Source of the DNA: Takakia lepidozioides | Lineage: Eukaryota > Plantae > Bryophyta | Direction of reading: 5' to 3' | Assembly: GCA_030704615.1 (NCBI GenBank) | Contig: JAKLZA010000284.1 | Coordinates: forward strand, 1 to 38,778 | Length of the DNA: 38,778 bases | Shown: positions 10,538 through 23,000 of the stretch, one piece after another | How positions within the stretch are numbered: the stretch's first letter is position 1 | How the letters are laid out: every line of letters starts with the position of its first letter | Translations under genes and position numbers: made by a program | Notes under the pieces: generated by a model | Seen by the model: the letters and a program-made list of their open reading frames with translations, nothing else | What the model was told of the DNA's origin: nothing | The model's database searches: none

Positions 10538-13500
10538 CTACTCTCCTACACCCTCCGAGGAACTTGCCCCACCTTCTTCCTCATCCCCCTCATCCCCCTC
10601 ATCCTCCGAGCTCTGTGATGCATCAGTTCCACTATGCCTCTCAAAAATCCCGTCCTCTCCTTGGGGGACTGTCCACCTCACCTCCTGGGAATCTTCTGCG
10701 TCTTCTCCCCCACTTTCCTCAGCAGAATCCAACACAAATCTACGAGCCCGACGGGCTCTAATAGCTGCTGCCTCCTCCCTCATCTTCATTTTCTTGAGGC
10801 TTGCCTCGTCTAAAATCTGCTGTACACGACTACGTTCGGAACACCTCCTAATGGACACCGAAGCAAGCCGGGCAGCATAAGTAGGCAGGATGTACTCCCT
10901 TTCTGGACTAGGCATGAAATCTCCCCTGGCAAAAAAAGGCACGTTCCTCCTGCCCATGAACTCCGGTGTAGACGTCCCTCCGGCAGTACTTGGCATCCTA
11001 CAGTAAGAACAAATCCACTTGAAGAATGTCAATACCAGCACAACCAGAAAGGGTTTTCAATGAAATAAGAGAGCGGAGGGAGGTGCCTCACAAAATCTGG
11101 AGGCAACTTACAATGCCACCACTCACTCGTAAACCGGGGGCTCCTCGGCCTCGATCCCAACTTCCTCCCCCTGCTCCTTCTCGGATTTTTCCTCATCCTC
11201 CGAGGATGCCTCTTCCTCTTTCGGCAGACGTTCAGCCGCTGCAAGTTCCGAGTTGTGGAGGGCAGTATCTGGCTCGAAGGCGAACACATGCCTGTCGGAC
11301 AACGTCCCTGCCCACATTGAAGCACCTGAGGAACAAAGCGGGCGGTTAATAGCTTGCGGCATGCAATTGCAATGGGGCCAGGGGACAAACTGAGCACGTG
11401 AAGGCTTACCCGTGCCGCATGTGAGGTCCAGAATCCGCCCTTGGACATCCGAGCACGTCTCCATGAGGGTTTGGATGAAAGCAGGGCTTCGGGTCCGGCT
11501 GTACCGCCACGGTTTGCCTGTCTTTGTGTCCTTCGGCATACTAGAGTGGGGCACATAGTTGTAGAGGACATCGTAGGTTACAGGGTCCACAGCGGCATCA
11601 ACAAGACGACCGTCGTTGCGGAATTTGAACGTAGACCCTCTCTTCACAAAGCAATATGCCTCAAACACCAATGTCTGCACATCCAACAAAGAAGGGATCA
11701 ATTCCAGGGTCTACTTAACATACACCACAATATGAAGTGAATGCAATAGATTGATAACTTACACTTTGGCCCTCTGTTCGCAACCCCTGCGTACTGATGC
11801 AGAACCATTTTCTGAGGAGGACCGGGGTGACACTTTTCGGTGTCCACCTTGCCACCGCATTCTCTGTGGTCTTCCCTCTCGTGGCAAGGACAACCACACA
11901 TCCACCGTCATCCAGAAGCATCCCCGCCAGCCCAAACCCGGCTTTCCAGTAGTCCTCAGTAAACCTGTTCCAGGTGGGCACACCATCCAGGCCCTCCAGC
12001 AGCTCCCCATCTGGAATGTCGAGGAGAATCATGTCGCAAGCTCTCTCCACCTCAACCCCCCCCCGAGTGCTCTTGCAATTCGTGCTCACAGCCGTGAAGA
12101 ATTCCATCATGGCTTCAAAACCAGGGGTGTCTTTAGGCTCTGTACCGGCAGCCCTCTTCTTGGCTTTCCCCTTCTGCTCCGCCAGAGACTTGTTGTGTGC
12201 CACCTTCTTCGCCCTGGCAGCGAGAGCGTCAAGGAAGCTCTCATTGACGCATTGGATGATGGTTGGAGGTTCTAGCTTTGGCCTGTGCGTAAACGTCACC
12301 GCCGAATACCGCCGTGTAGGCTCGCCCTCAAATGCCAACTTCTTGGCAGAGCCAGTCCCACTCCGAACTGACTTGGGAACCCGGACGACCGGTGACTGGG
12401 TAGGAGCAACAGCAGTCGCAGGACCTTGAACAAAATCGGCGTCGGAGTCACTCTCTTGGGTCCCCTCCTGCGCCTCCTCCGATGCCCCGATGGTTTTCTT
12501 CTTTTTGGGTGTTACTGCAGTCACCTGTTTCCTTGTCCTTTTCCTTTGACCTTTACTCTTCTCATGCAATTTCTCCTGAATTCCTGCCTGAGCAAGCTCT
12601 GCCGCTTTCCTGGAGTTCGCAAGCGCTTTTGCCTCTTTTGCACCCAACGGAGGCAGCGGAGCCCGGTTTCGTCGGAATTCAGCATCCAGCTTCAATTGAA
12701 ACTCGGATGGGTCGAGCGAGCCGGGCGGAAGGTCCACATACCAAGGGCAATCACGCAAATGTTCCAGATGCCACTCCTTCACAATATCGTCAGTGTACAT
12801 GGAGTCAGCCCCAGGGTTCCTCCATGCCAGGAAGAATGGTGGCTCGAAAGACAGATGACCTTTCTCCAAAAGCGAGAACTTACAGTACCTGCATTCATGA
12901 AAAACCCAATGAGGTCCGAAAATGGCTAAGTCCCTGAACGGCAATAGGGCCTACAACTGGAATATGGCGCCGAATTTCCACTTCAGGGCCACCCAGTCTA
13001 GGGACTTAGCCCGAAAATGGCTAAGTCCCTGGACGGCAATAGGGCCTGGAACTGGAAAACGGCGCCGAATTTCCACTTCCGGGCCAGCCACCCTAGGGAC
13101 TTAGACCAAAAATGGCTAAGTCCCTGGACGGCAATAGGGCCTAGAACTGGAAAACGGCGCCGAATTTCCAGTTCCGGGCCAGCCACCCTAGGGACTTAGA
13201 CCGAAAATGGCTAAGTCCCTGGACGGCAATAGGGCCTGGAACTGGAATATGGCGCCGAATTTCCACTTTAGGGCCAGCCAGTCTAGGGACTTAGCCCGAA
13301 AATGGCTAAGTCCCTGGACGGCAATAGGGCCTAGAACTGGAAAACGGCGCCGAATTTCCAGTTCCGGGCCAGCCACCCTAGGGACTTAGACCGAAAATGG
13401 CTAAGTCCCTGGACGGCAATAGGGCCTGGAACTGGAATATGGCGCCGAATTTCCACTTCAGGGCCAGCCAGTCTAGGGACTTAGCCCGAAAATGGCTAAG

Positions 13501-16500
13501 TCCCTGGACGGCAATAGGGCCTAGAACTGGAAAACGGCGCCGAATTTCCAGTTCCGGGCCAGCCACACTAGGGACTTAGCCCGAAAATGGCTAAGTCCCT
13601 GAACGGCAATAGGGCCTGGAACTGGAAAATGGCGCCGAATTTCCAGTTCCGGGCCAGCCAGTCTAGGGACTTTGCCATTTTCGGAGCCCTGACTGGAAAT
13701 TCGGCGCCATTTTCCCTAACACCACTTAGGCCTCTAACATCCTGAAATGCCAGGACTTGAAAGAAAGGCAGCGCGTATGTACCTGTACAGAAGGCGCATT
13801 GCTGCTTTGTCCGCGTTCGGCTGGTCGGTGAACTCGTGGCTCCGGCGAGCATCTGCTATCTCCCGAAAGAATAGGTTGGTTTTGTAGAGCAGAAAGTACC
13901 TCGTCACATAGTCACGTAGGCTCTCTGCTGCAGGAGATATCTCCATCTTGAACTGATGTGCTTGTGTGTCCAGCTGCTCTTGCGCATTCGTCGTCACCTG
14001 TGGAGATTGTCCATCAGATCGCTTTCCTCAAAAAATACAATGAATCCACCCCCTACTAGAGTACAAGCCCCAAACGAAGCGTGGGGAAGTACCTGAAACC
14101 ACCATGTCATGCGGTTCATCCACATGTCGAATGTGGGGTCAGAGAGTTTGTCCGGTTTGGGGAAGCTCCACATGTCCCTGGTACTTTGGGAACCATTCCA
14201 GATTTGGAGCCACCGGGTCTGTCCAACCACCCAGCATATTCGTAAGCGCCAAACACCACAAAAAGGAGTTGTTGCCACCACAATTTGGTTAAGAATGTAT
14301 CACCTTTTCTGTTGCATCCACACAGGATGTGGCTAGACGATGGAGCTTCTCCAATGTCATCGTGGGCTTCAGAGCGCGAGAGTAGTGCTTTCCCACCTCC
14401 ACCAGAAAGTCGGCACCAAGGGCGGGATCAGCTATGGCCACGTACTTTACCATCCGCGACTTGTACTTTATGCGGGCCCTCACCTCCGCAGCTTTGACAT
14501 ACGATTCGAGTTCCGGGAGGGTTGGATTCTTCTCCTCTGACTCCATGTAGAACCTCCGCGCATGTGCCAAATCCTGCTGTATTTTCGTCTGTCGAAAAGC
14601 AGCACATAAGATTAGAGATCCTGCTCAACACAATTTCTTCTATTGGGGGAGGAGAGACAAATTAGCTCAACAAAACTGCAGGAGCTTTACCCGAAATATG
14701 TAGTCCACCATGGCGTCGACGCTCAGCCTATACCAGGTTCTGTCTGCCTTTGCCTCCGACTTGCGCAGGAGGTCGGCACTGAGGGAATTGGCAAACTCTT
14801 GCACCCCCTGCTTCCCGACATCCTTCACTCGGAAGAGCATATGGGACAAGTTGGTGGCAATGAAGGCATTCTCAGTCACCCTGCAGTGCCACATTTCCAT
14901 CAAACAATACTGAAATGGGAATTTTCATCATATATGAGGATTCGCAATGAAATGACTTCCAAATTCAAAGTCCAAAAGCGAGAGGGGTTGTAGCTTACGA
15001 GTTGATGTCGGCCATTGCAGCTTTGAGAAGACTGCGATCTTTGGGCCCCGCAACCTTCAGCACAACACAATCGACGGCGAAATGCCAATCGAGATCGTTG
15101 GGGTGGGCTTGGGCAATGTGCTCCATCCATGCCAGGAGGCGATGATTGCCGTCCCACACGTAGAACATCTTACCGGACATGTGCTGGAAAAGAGGATCAC
15201 TAGCAATCGATCTCTCGAACTCCTCATTTCGCGTTTGCCAATGGGGACCCCATTTGTCCACCTCATCGGAAGTGTGGGCACGGGAAGCTCCGTGGTCGTT
15301 CTCAATGGAAACGTAAAAGGCGGCAGACCCCATTCGATATCCATCCCGGAAAGAGAATTTCAGCTTGTCGATATCGCCTGGGAGGGCAGGTCTCACCACC
15401 TGCAATGACACCAAGCGGCAAAGGGGAATTCGAAGCTTGGCCGGGTACACCATGCCCCCCAGCACCCTGCCAATGTTGCTGTGGGTTGCCTCCAACATCT
15501 TGGCAGCGGCCAACTTCATATCCGCCTCAGACATGACGTCTGCTGCAGAGGGGTTTTCCGGCAGCCCACCAAGACCGCCAAATCCAGCCTGTATGCTCCG
15601 GGTTTGGGGCCTGGGGATGTCCGGGAGAATGTCATCCTGGTCAGAAACATCCATGTCGTCCTCCTCAACAGGGTCAGCCACCTGCGAAACCACCTCCAGC
15701 ACTCTCGTCGTCTCTACTGCCCTCTCCCTGGCTTCACCTCGAACTTGCACAATCGGTGCTCTTTCAGGTGTTCTTTCCTCTCCTCCACTCTCCACCGTAT
15801 GGGTAATTGCGGGGGCTGCACTTGCCCGCGATGGTCTAACCGGTGTGCTACTGCCTCTCTGTGGTGTCTTGTAGGGATCCACCGTCTCTGTGTGTCCCTC
15901 GCTTACATTGGCATCTGTCATTTGGGCACCCCTGGCCTCTTCAGCTGCCTTTTGTCTTTCCTCCTTGCTAGCATTCTGTCTCGTCTGTTCTTTTGCCCTC
16001 TCTTTTGCCCTCTCACGGGCTTTCTGTTTCTTACTAGGGCTAGCAACAGGGGAGCCCTCCAGGACGACCACCTTTGATTGAGGCGAACTGACACCCTCGC
16101 GCGCACTGCTCACTCCCCCCTCCGCAGCCCGTGACTGCTCTCTCGCCGGGGATTGCATGTGCTTAGCTTTCTTCTTTTTCTTTGCGTGGGCGGGCCCTAC
16201 TGCATGTGCATGAACAACCTCCATTGCCGGATCTGCTGTCCTCATGTCCTCACGCCCTTCACCTGCCATGCCGCCTGCACCAACCTCCCCAATGCCTACT
16301 CTATCGTAATCTCGTTGCAAGTCCTCCCGTCCACCAACAAAAGATTTAAGTTTGCCCTCTCGCCCCAAGTTGGGCGATTCAAACATGCGATGAGTTGGAG
16401 CTGTCGATGATACCACCAGCGTGCCGGGCTCGTCGTCACTCTGTGATTGACAAAAATCGTGAACACCAACAGTGGTGCAAAAAGCAGCAGCGCAACCACC

Positions 16501-16865
16501 ATAGCAGCAATCATGTAGCAAAAATGAAAACATAACAAGTTTAGGAAGTATGGAGAGCCATGCAACAACAATGAAAACAAATGCAACCATTGCCTAAGAA
16601 TGACATGCACAAGCAGCCTTCTCCAGAGCTGCCGGATTTGCACACGCATTGCAAACAATCTAAGGTTCAGTCAACTATCTAAAGTTCACTCATAAAGCAA
16701 AGCCAGGATGAAGATGCAGAAACAAAGCGAGGTAACGAAGCGAAAGCAAAAAAGAAATCGAACAAACCGAAAGCAGAAGTGGCTTGCCTGAGAGTACTCG
16801 GCTTCAGTTGGCGCAGGTTGTGAGCAAGACACTGGAATCTCCTGCTGGAGCTTCAGTTTGGCCAT
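10538..16865 (-). CDS. 10-exon ~1461-aa protein: low-complexity N-terminus, ParB/Srx-like domain, linker region, beta-class N6A/N4C DNA methyltransferase-like domain, acidic tail
   Basis: Exons are 16865-16788, 16440-14999, 14880-14691, 14588-14304, 14218-14093, 13997-13783, 12888-11763, 11674-11410, 11325-11127 and 10997-10538, totalling 4386 nt in frame with no stops. Intron 1 is GC-AG and tentative, and the others are GT-AG. Motifs: FYVWDGNHRLLAW (DGNHR at 15153-15139), DMILLDIPDG (DIPD at 12020-12009), LLDDGG, and RSPAFIQTLMETCSDVQGRILDLTCGTG|ASMWAGTLSDRHVFAFEPD. Confidence 0.85.
12915..13710. repeat. Intronic 95-bp tandem repeat x8 (190-bp dimer structure) inside intron 6 of the ParB-MTase gene
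   Basis: AAAATGGCTAAGTCCCTG recurs every 95 bp from 12919 to 13584. Each unit contains GGCGCCGAATTTCC. The array lies in intron 13782-12889. Confidence 0.95.
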
Positions 16866-17191
16866 GCGAGAGATTGGCCGTCGTCCGTAGTACAGAGCTT
16901 TCAACTTCCGCCGCGGTCTGGATCTGAGGTCTCTCTCAGGAGAGCCACGCCCTTCAGGCGGCATAAGTCCCAGCCAAAAAGATCTCCTTTTTTGGGGTAC
17001 ATGCCTGGAATACCATGTTAAGCCAAGTATAGCATGAGATTTAGGGTACGTGTCCAGGAAGCCATGCGTCGCCAGCCCGAATAATAACCGACGGCCGTCG
17101 ACATTTATTGCCCAACTGCGCAATTAAATGTCGGATGAAGCCCTCCATGTCGGAAGAAAATCGACGAAAACAGTCCCGGAATTTCCCTCAC

Positions 17192-17965
17192 GCAGGTAAT
17201 TCGGAAGCGCGCGGATGGAAATCCGGCGCCGAATTTCCATCCGCGCAGGTAGGGCGGTTCGCCAAATTTCCTTCAAGCAGGTAATTCGGATGCGCGCGGA
17301 TGGAAATCCGGCGCCGAATTTCCATCCGCGCAGGTAGGGCGGTTCGCCAAATTTCCTTCAAGCAGGTAATTCGGATGCGCGCGGATGGAAATCCGGCGCC
17401 GAATTTCCATCCGCGCAAGTAGGGCGGTTCGCCAAATTTCCTTCAAGCAGGTAATTCGGATGCGCGCGGATGGAAATCCGGCGCCGAATTTCCATCCGCG
17501 CAGGTAGGGCGGTTCGCCAAATTTCCTTCAAGCAGGTAATTCGGATGCGCGCGGATGGAAATCCGGCGCCGAATTTCCATCCGCGCAGGTAGGGCGGTGC
17601 GCCAAATTTCCTTCAAGCAGGTAATTCGGATGCGCGCGGATGGAAATCCGGCGCCGAATTTCCATCCGCGCAGGTAGGGCGGTTCGCCAAATTTCCTTCA
17701 AGCAGGTAATTCGGATGCGCGCGGATGGAAATCCGGCGCCGAATTTCCATCCGCGCAGGTAGGGCGGTTCGCCAAATTTCCTTCAAGCAGGTAATTCGGA
17801 TGCGCGCGGATGGAAATCCGGCGCCGAATTTCCATCCGCGCAGGAGGGCGGTGCGCCAAATTTCCTTCGAGCAGGTAATTCGGATGCGCGCGGATGGAAA
17901 TCCGGCGCCGAATTTCCATCCGCGCAGGTAGGGCGGTGCGCCAAATTTCCCTGAAGCAGGTAATT
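17192..17965. repeat. 85-bp tandem repeat x9, each with a 38-bp near-palindrome
   Basis: GTAATTCGG at 17196, 17281, 17366 ... 17960. The unit contains GCGCGGATGGAAATCCGGCGCCGAATTTCCATCCGCGC. Confidence 0.95.
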
Positions 17966-19110
17966 CGGCGCCGAATTTCCATCCTGCAGGTAATTCGAAT
18001 CGTGGATGAATGGAAATTCGGCGCCGAATTTCCATCCAGCAGGTAAGTCGGATCGGTGCCATACGGATATTCGGCGCCGAATTTCCATCCTGCAGGTAAT
18101 TCGAATCGTGGATGAATGGAAATTCGGCGCCGAATTTCCATCCAGCAGGTAAGTCGGATCGGTGCCATATGGATATTCGGCGCCGAATTTCCATCCTGCA
18201 GGTAATTCGAATCGTGGATGAATGGAAATTCGGCGCCGAATTTCCATCCAGCAGGTAAGTCGGATCGGTGCCATATGGATATTCGGCGCCGAATTTCCAT
18301 TCGCCATTTATTTCTGAGCGAGGAATTACCTTCGCGCAGGTAATTCCCATATAAGAATTACCTTCGTGCAGGTAATTCGCATACAAGAATTACCTTCGTG
18401 CAGGTAATTACCAGATGAAAATTACCTTTGTGCAGGTAATTCTGGACGAGGAATAAACATCGATTGGAATTACCTGCAGGAAGGTAATTGTCATCTGGAA
18501 ATTACCTGCACGAAGGTAATTCTTGTATGCGAATTACCTGCACGAAGGTAATTCTTATATGGGAATTACCTGCACGAAGGTAATTCCTCGCTCAGAAATA
18601 AATGGCGAGTGGAAATCCGGCGCCGAATATCCATACGGCACTGATCCGACTTACCTGCTGGATGGAAATTCGGCGCCGATTTCCATTTATTCGGGATTCG
18701 ACTTACCTGCTGGATGGAAATTCGGCGCCGAATTTCCATTCATCCGTGATTCGAATTACCTGCATGATGGAAATCCGGCGCCGAATCTCCATCCAGCAGG
18801 GATTCGAATTACCTGCAGGATGGAAATTCGGCGCCGAATCTCCATCCATCCGAGGTTCCACTTACCTGCTGGATGGAAATTCGGCGCCGAATTTCCATTC
18901 GTCCGGGATTCGAATTACCTGCAGGATGGAAATTCGGCGCCGAATCTCCATCCATCCGAGATTCCACTTACCTGCTGGATGGAAATTCGGCGCCGAATTT
19001 CCATTCGTCCGGGATTCGAATTACCTGCAGGATGGAAATTCGGCGCCGAATCTCCATCCATCCGAGATTCCACTTACCTGCTGGATGGAAATTCGGCGCC
19101 GAATCTCCAT
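17966..19110. repeat. Large central inverted repeat (axis ~18455, ~26-bp spacer) built from 106-bp and ~55/110-bp palindrome-bearing units
   Basis: Mirror ORFs 17613..18386(-) and 18523..19317(+) begin with near-identical text. The inner arm ends are ~18441 and ~18468. AATTACCT(N6)AGGTAATT sub-palindromes lie near the axis. Confidence 0.9.
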
Positions 19111-19770
19111 CCGGGGGATGGTCTCTGTCGGAGAGGTGCCGCCTCTCCGCCGCTCTGTTGGATATTCGGTGCCGAATTTCCGTCCCGGGGGTTGAAATAT
19201 GACTGCCAGGTTCCGACCTCTCCCCCCTCCCCGACTGCATTGGAACGGCCCCGAATTGAAATTCGGCGCCGTTTTCCCATCTGTGGAGGTTTTTATGTCG
19301 GCCAGTTTTCGCTCTGACCCCCGACAACACTTCCTTTGGGGGGGCCCGGATGGAAATTCGGCGCCGAATGGCCGTCCAGGGGATGTTCTCTGTCGCACAC
19401 TGGCCGGCCTCTGTGCCCCAGGCGACTTCATCCGGGCGTCCCCTGTTCGATATTCGTTGCCGAATTTCCGTCCGGGGGTTGAAATGTGACAGCCAACTGC
19501 AGGCCACTCCCCCCTCCCCGACTGCATCCGAATCGCCCCGGATGGAAATTCGGCGCCGTTTTTCCATCTGGGGATGTTTTTATGCCGTCCAGTTTTCGGC
19601 CTGACCCCCCGACACGACTCCCTTTGGGGGGCCCGGATGGAAATTCGGCGCCGAATCTCCATCCAGGGGATGTTCTCTGTCGCACACACTCCGGCCTCTG
19701 CGCCCGAGGCGACTTCATCCGGGCTTCCTCTGTTGGATGTTGGGTGCCGAATTTCCATTCGGGGGTAGTA
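19110..19770. repeat. ~287-bp tandem repeat (~2.3 copies) with palindrome cores, upstream of the transposase
   Basis: CCCCCTCCCCGACTGCAT at ~19223 and ~19510. CCTTTGGGGGG...GGAAATTCGGCGCCGAAT at ~19333 and ~19621. Confidence 0.85.
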
Positions 19771-20061
19771 ATGTGACGGCACGGTGCCGGCTTCTCCCCT
19801 TCAGCCGTCATCATCCGGACGGCCCCCCACTTTCTGACTGCATACCGTTGGCAGTTATTGCGCAAAGACCAGGGGCCGCATTCCGGAGACAAGGTTCATT
19901 AACACTCTGACTGTGGATTTTTGAGATAGTTGGCTCCCTGGATTTGGATCAGGCTTCGTCGCTCGGACAAATCGGCATCGCATTCATTCCCATCGCTGCA
20001 CCCCCTTCTACCAGGGAGCTTCCCCGCACGCCATCCTGGCAGTCTTGTGTGCACATCTCCC

Positions 20062-23000
20062 ATGGCGGAAAACCCGAGCGCTACAGTGTACTGCCCTCCT
20101 CACGAGCATAGAGCTTCATTTCCGTGCAGAGGGGACACCTGCCGGGTGATGGAGAAATATCTGTGCGTTCGATACCACCTGAAACCGGGGTCGGTTTTTT
20201 TGGAGGAGGAAAGGAAGGACTCAAACGGCCTTGTTGTCGAGAGTATTGTTGTGCTCCACGATGATTTCGGCGATGGCAGGGAATGGCGAGTTCCACCATC
20301 GGACAGCGTCATATACAGGGCTGTTGGGGACTTCATTTGCCCGCCAAATGCACCGTCTATCCTGGCGCCTTCCACGAAACAATCCGCGAATCAGAGAGTG
20401 GGTACCTCAAAGAGAGAAGTCCGCAACGAAGTAAATCCAGAGCCGAACCCATCCATGAAGACGACCGAGAACCGGGTTGTTCACAACCTGTCCGACTCAG
20501 ACGAGGTCATGGAAGTTCCGAGGTCGTCCTGGAGATCAGGCAAGTCCTCAATGGACGTCAGTGGAGGAGGGAGTCATATTCCCAGCACGAGCACCGCAGT
20601 TCGATCTATTCTAGAAATTCTGCGAGGGCTTCACCTGGAGGGACACCGGTCGGAGCTGGCCGGGCTGGACTACAGCAAGTTCGCAATTAAATCGGTTACA
20701 TGCCTTCCCGCCGACGTCGACGGTAATGTCTTCTTTGAGTTCCCTCCTCGGGCGGACTACTCGAGGGCGTCCGGAATGTTGACAGATATGGATAGAAAAC
20801 ATGACGGTCATCCTTGGTGCGTTACCAAAACCACCAGCATGAAGATGCTTGATGGTGTGCGGGTGCGCTACGTTGTTTGTGCGGGCGCGTTGCGGTGTTT
20901 CTCCCCAACTTGCTTCCACTTTAAATCCAGAGGTCACAGGAACGAGACCGATTGGACAGGCACAGCTCACCAACCATTTCGAGCTCAGGAGAAGGTTCCG
21001 AACTCCACATTTAAGTGTGCGCATTGCAAAGAACCACCACACTGCATGTCTGTTTGTAATGCCAAGCAGTTCTATGTGTTGCACCGTTTCCCTGACCTCA
21101 CCCGAGCTTGCATACACGTTGGTTCCCATTGTCACAAATTGGCGAGGGGGAACTCGCGGGAGGCTGCCCACGAAGCAGAGCAGCTCGTTCAGGAGGAGGT
21201 TAAGTTGAGACCGGGTGCCAAACCCAAACAGATACAGCTCCAAGCCGCCCATAAGATGGCATTGGCCAGAATTATGTCGGAAGACGGCTCGGATAGAGTT
21301 CCTCTCGACGAGAAGGAAATGGAGGCATTGCTAGAGTCGGTGTCCCACGTATGTTCACCGAATGTCCGAAACCACATTGTCTCATGCAAACAGAAAATTG
21401 GGCGTGGCTCGGATATGCACTCCATTCTGGAGGTGAAGCGACGATGTGGATATGACTACATTCATGGAAGTAGGTTTCCAGGACAAGGGACTGAGGCAGA
21501 TCGTTGTTTCGTATTCAAAATGTCCACGTGTGGACCTGGCAGTGGCGTCGAACTGGTCGACAGGATGACGAGTGGGAACTTGTCAAACAGTTGGGTCATG
21601 TTCGACCATATCAAGCGAATTACAAATCACCAGTGGGTGACAATGGGTGCACATGTCTACGACACCCACTGCAGGATGCTAATGACAATTGCTATTTGTG
21701 AGATGAAAGGAGAGGACACACAATCGGAGATGCTTCTTTGGCAGGGAATAAACGAACAGATGGCCAAGGCGGGATTGCCCCCTCCCAATTTCCGTGGTTT
21801 CATGGCGGACAACGCACAAGCAAATTGGGCTGCCATCCGAAGGGTGTACGGGCAAGACCCCAATGTTCCCATGGAAGGCAAGGAGAGATCTTGTGGGTTC
21901 CACTTTCTGCAGAGCCTTTCGCAGTACACAACCAGGCTCGTGGCGCCAGATTTCAGAGAGGAGCACCGTTCCATGTGCCTTGCGTGGAAGCGCGCTCCCA
22001 CCTTGGATGATGCAGAGACACAGTTTGCATGCATACGGGCTTGGTGGACATCGTCAGGTGCTGTAAGGAAATCAGACGAAGGAGCAATGGTCAGTTGGCT
22101 AGCATGGTGGCATTATCGTTTCCTCCAGTTCGGCGACTATATGCGGGAGGTGAGTTGCACGAATTCGCGTCCCGTTGGATATTATTCTTGGCCATATTTG
22201 TAACTTGCTTGTAACCTCAACATGTGCTTGTGCAGGAAATGTGTCTCGACTCCGACACCGACATGCCCACGACAAACATGGCCGAATCAGTGCACTCTTC
22301 CTGGCGTGCCTCCTCTGCGGCGCATCTGGTGGACATCCTCACTGCCACAACGGAGGACATTGTGAGGTCAATTATGCAGCAATGCAGGTACAACGAGTTC
22401 TTGAAAGGGAAACAGTGGGGCTTGGGGCCGGACAGGCAGGAAATGCTGATGCGGACTGCCTCCAGATCGAAGAATCCTCGGAAGTGGGCGGCGGCCTTGC
22501 GAGAGGGCCTTCGGGACACGCCATTGCTGCGAAGAGGCCAACATTTGGAAGGAGATGTTCATACCCGTCCAGTGAGACGAAGACTTGACGAGGCACCTGG
22601 CGGAGAAGAGGATTCATGGCGAGCTGACAAGAATATTCGCACGCTCCCTCGTGGTCCGGTGATGTTGTCCGAGGAGGTCTCGTCGAGCACCGGAAGTCCT
22701 GCACGTTCAAGATCGCCATCTCCTTTGAGCACAGGGCGCGTGCCCCGGCAACATAACGAGCCATCTGTAGTAAAGCAATACAACATTCCCATTGTGGAGA
22801 CAAGAGTGTCGGAGTCACAGTGGAGAATTGCGAGGACATTGCCGGCATTTCGAGGGAAGTGTTGCGCCATCCGGGTGGATACGAGAGCACGCTGTGGTGA
22901 GATGATTCGGAGGAACCCACACGGTGCTGTACCTGCACCTTGTTTCAGCGGCAGATTTTTGACTCCCACATTTGCTCACGCCACAACGCAGACATTTTGG

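Noticed and set aside
12922-13852. Tandem 60-62 aa ORFs
   Set aside because: They lie in the intronic 95-bp repeat.
16441-16590. Hydrophobic signal/TM-like N-terminus of ORF 14995-16590
   Set aside because: It is T-rich sequence upstream of a good acceptor at 16441 and is most likely intron read-through.
10538-16865. Bacterial/phage contamination as the source of the ParB-MTase
   Set aside because: The gene has nine predicted spliceosomal introns, two of them shared with a paralogue, and it is embedded among plant-type TEs.
17188-19892. Long repetitive ORFs (e.g. 17613-18386, 18523-19317, 19021-19782)
   Set aside because: They are artefacts of GC-rich palindromic repeats that are open in several frames on both strands.
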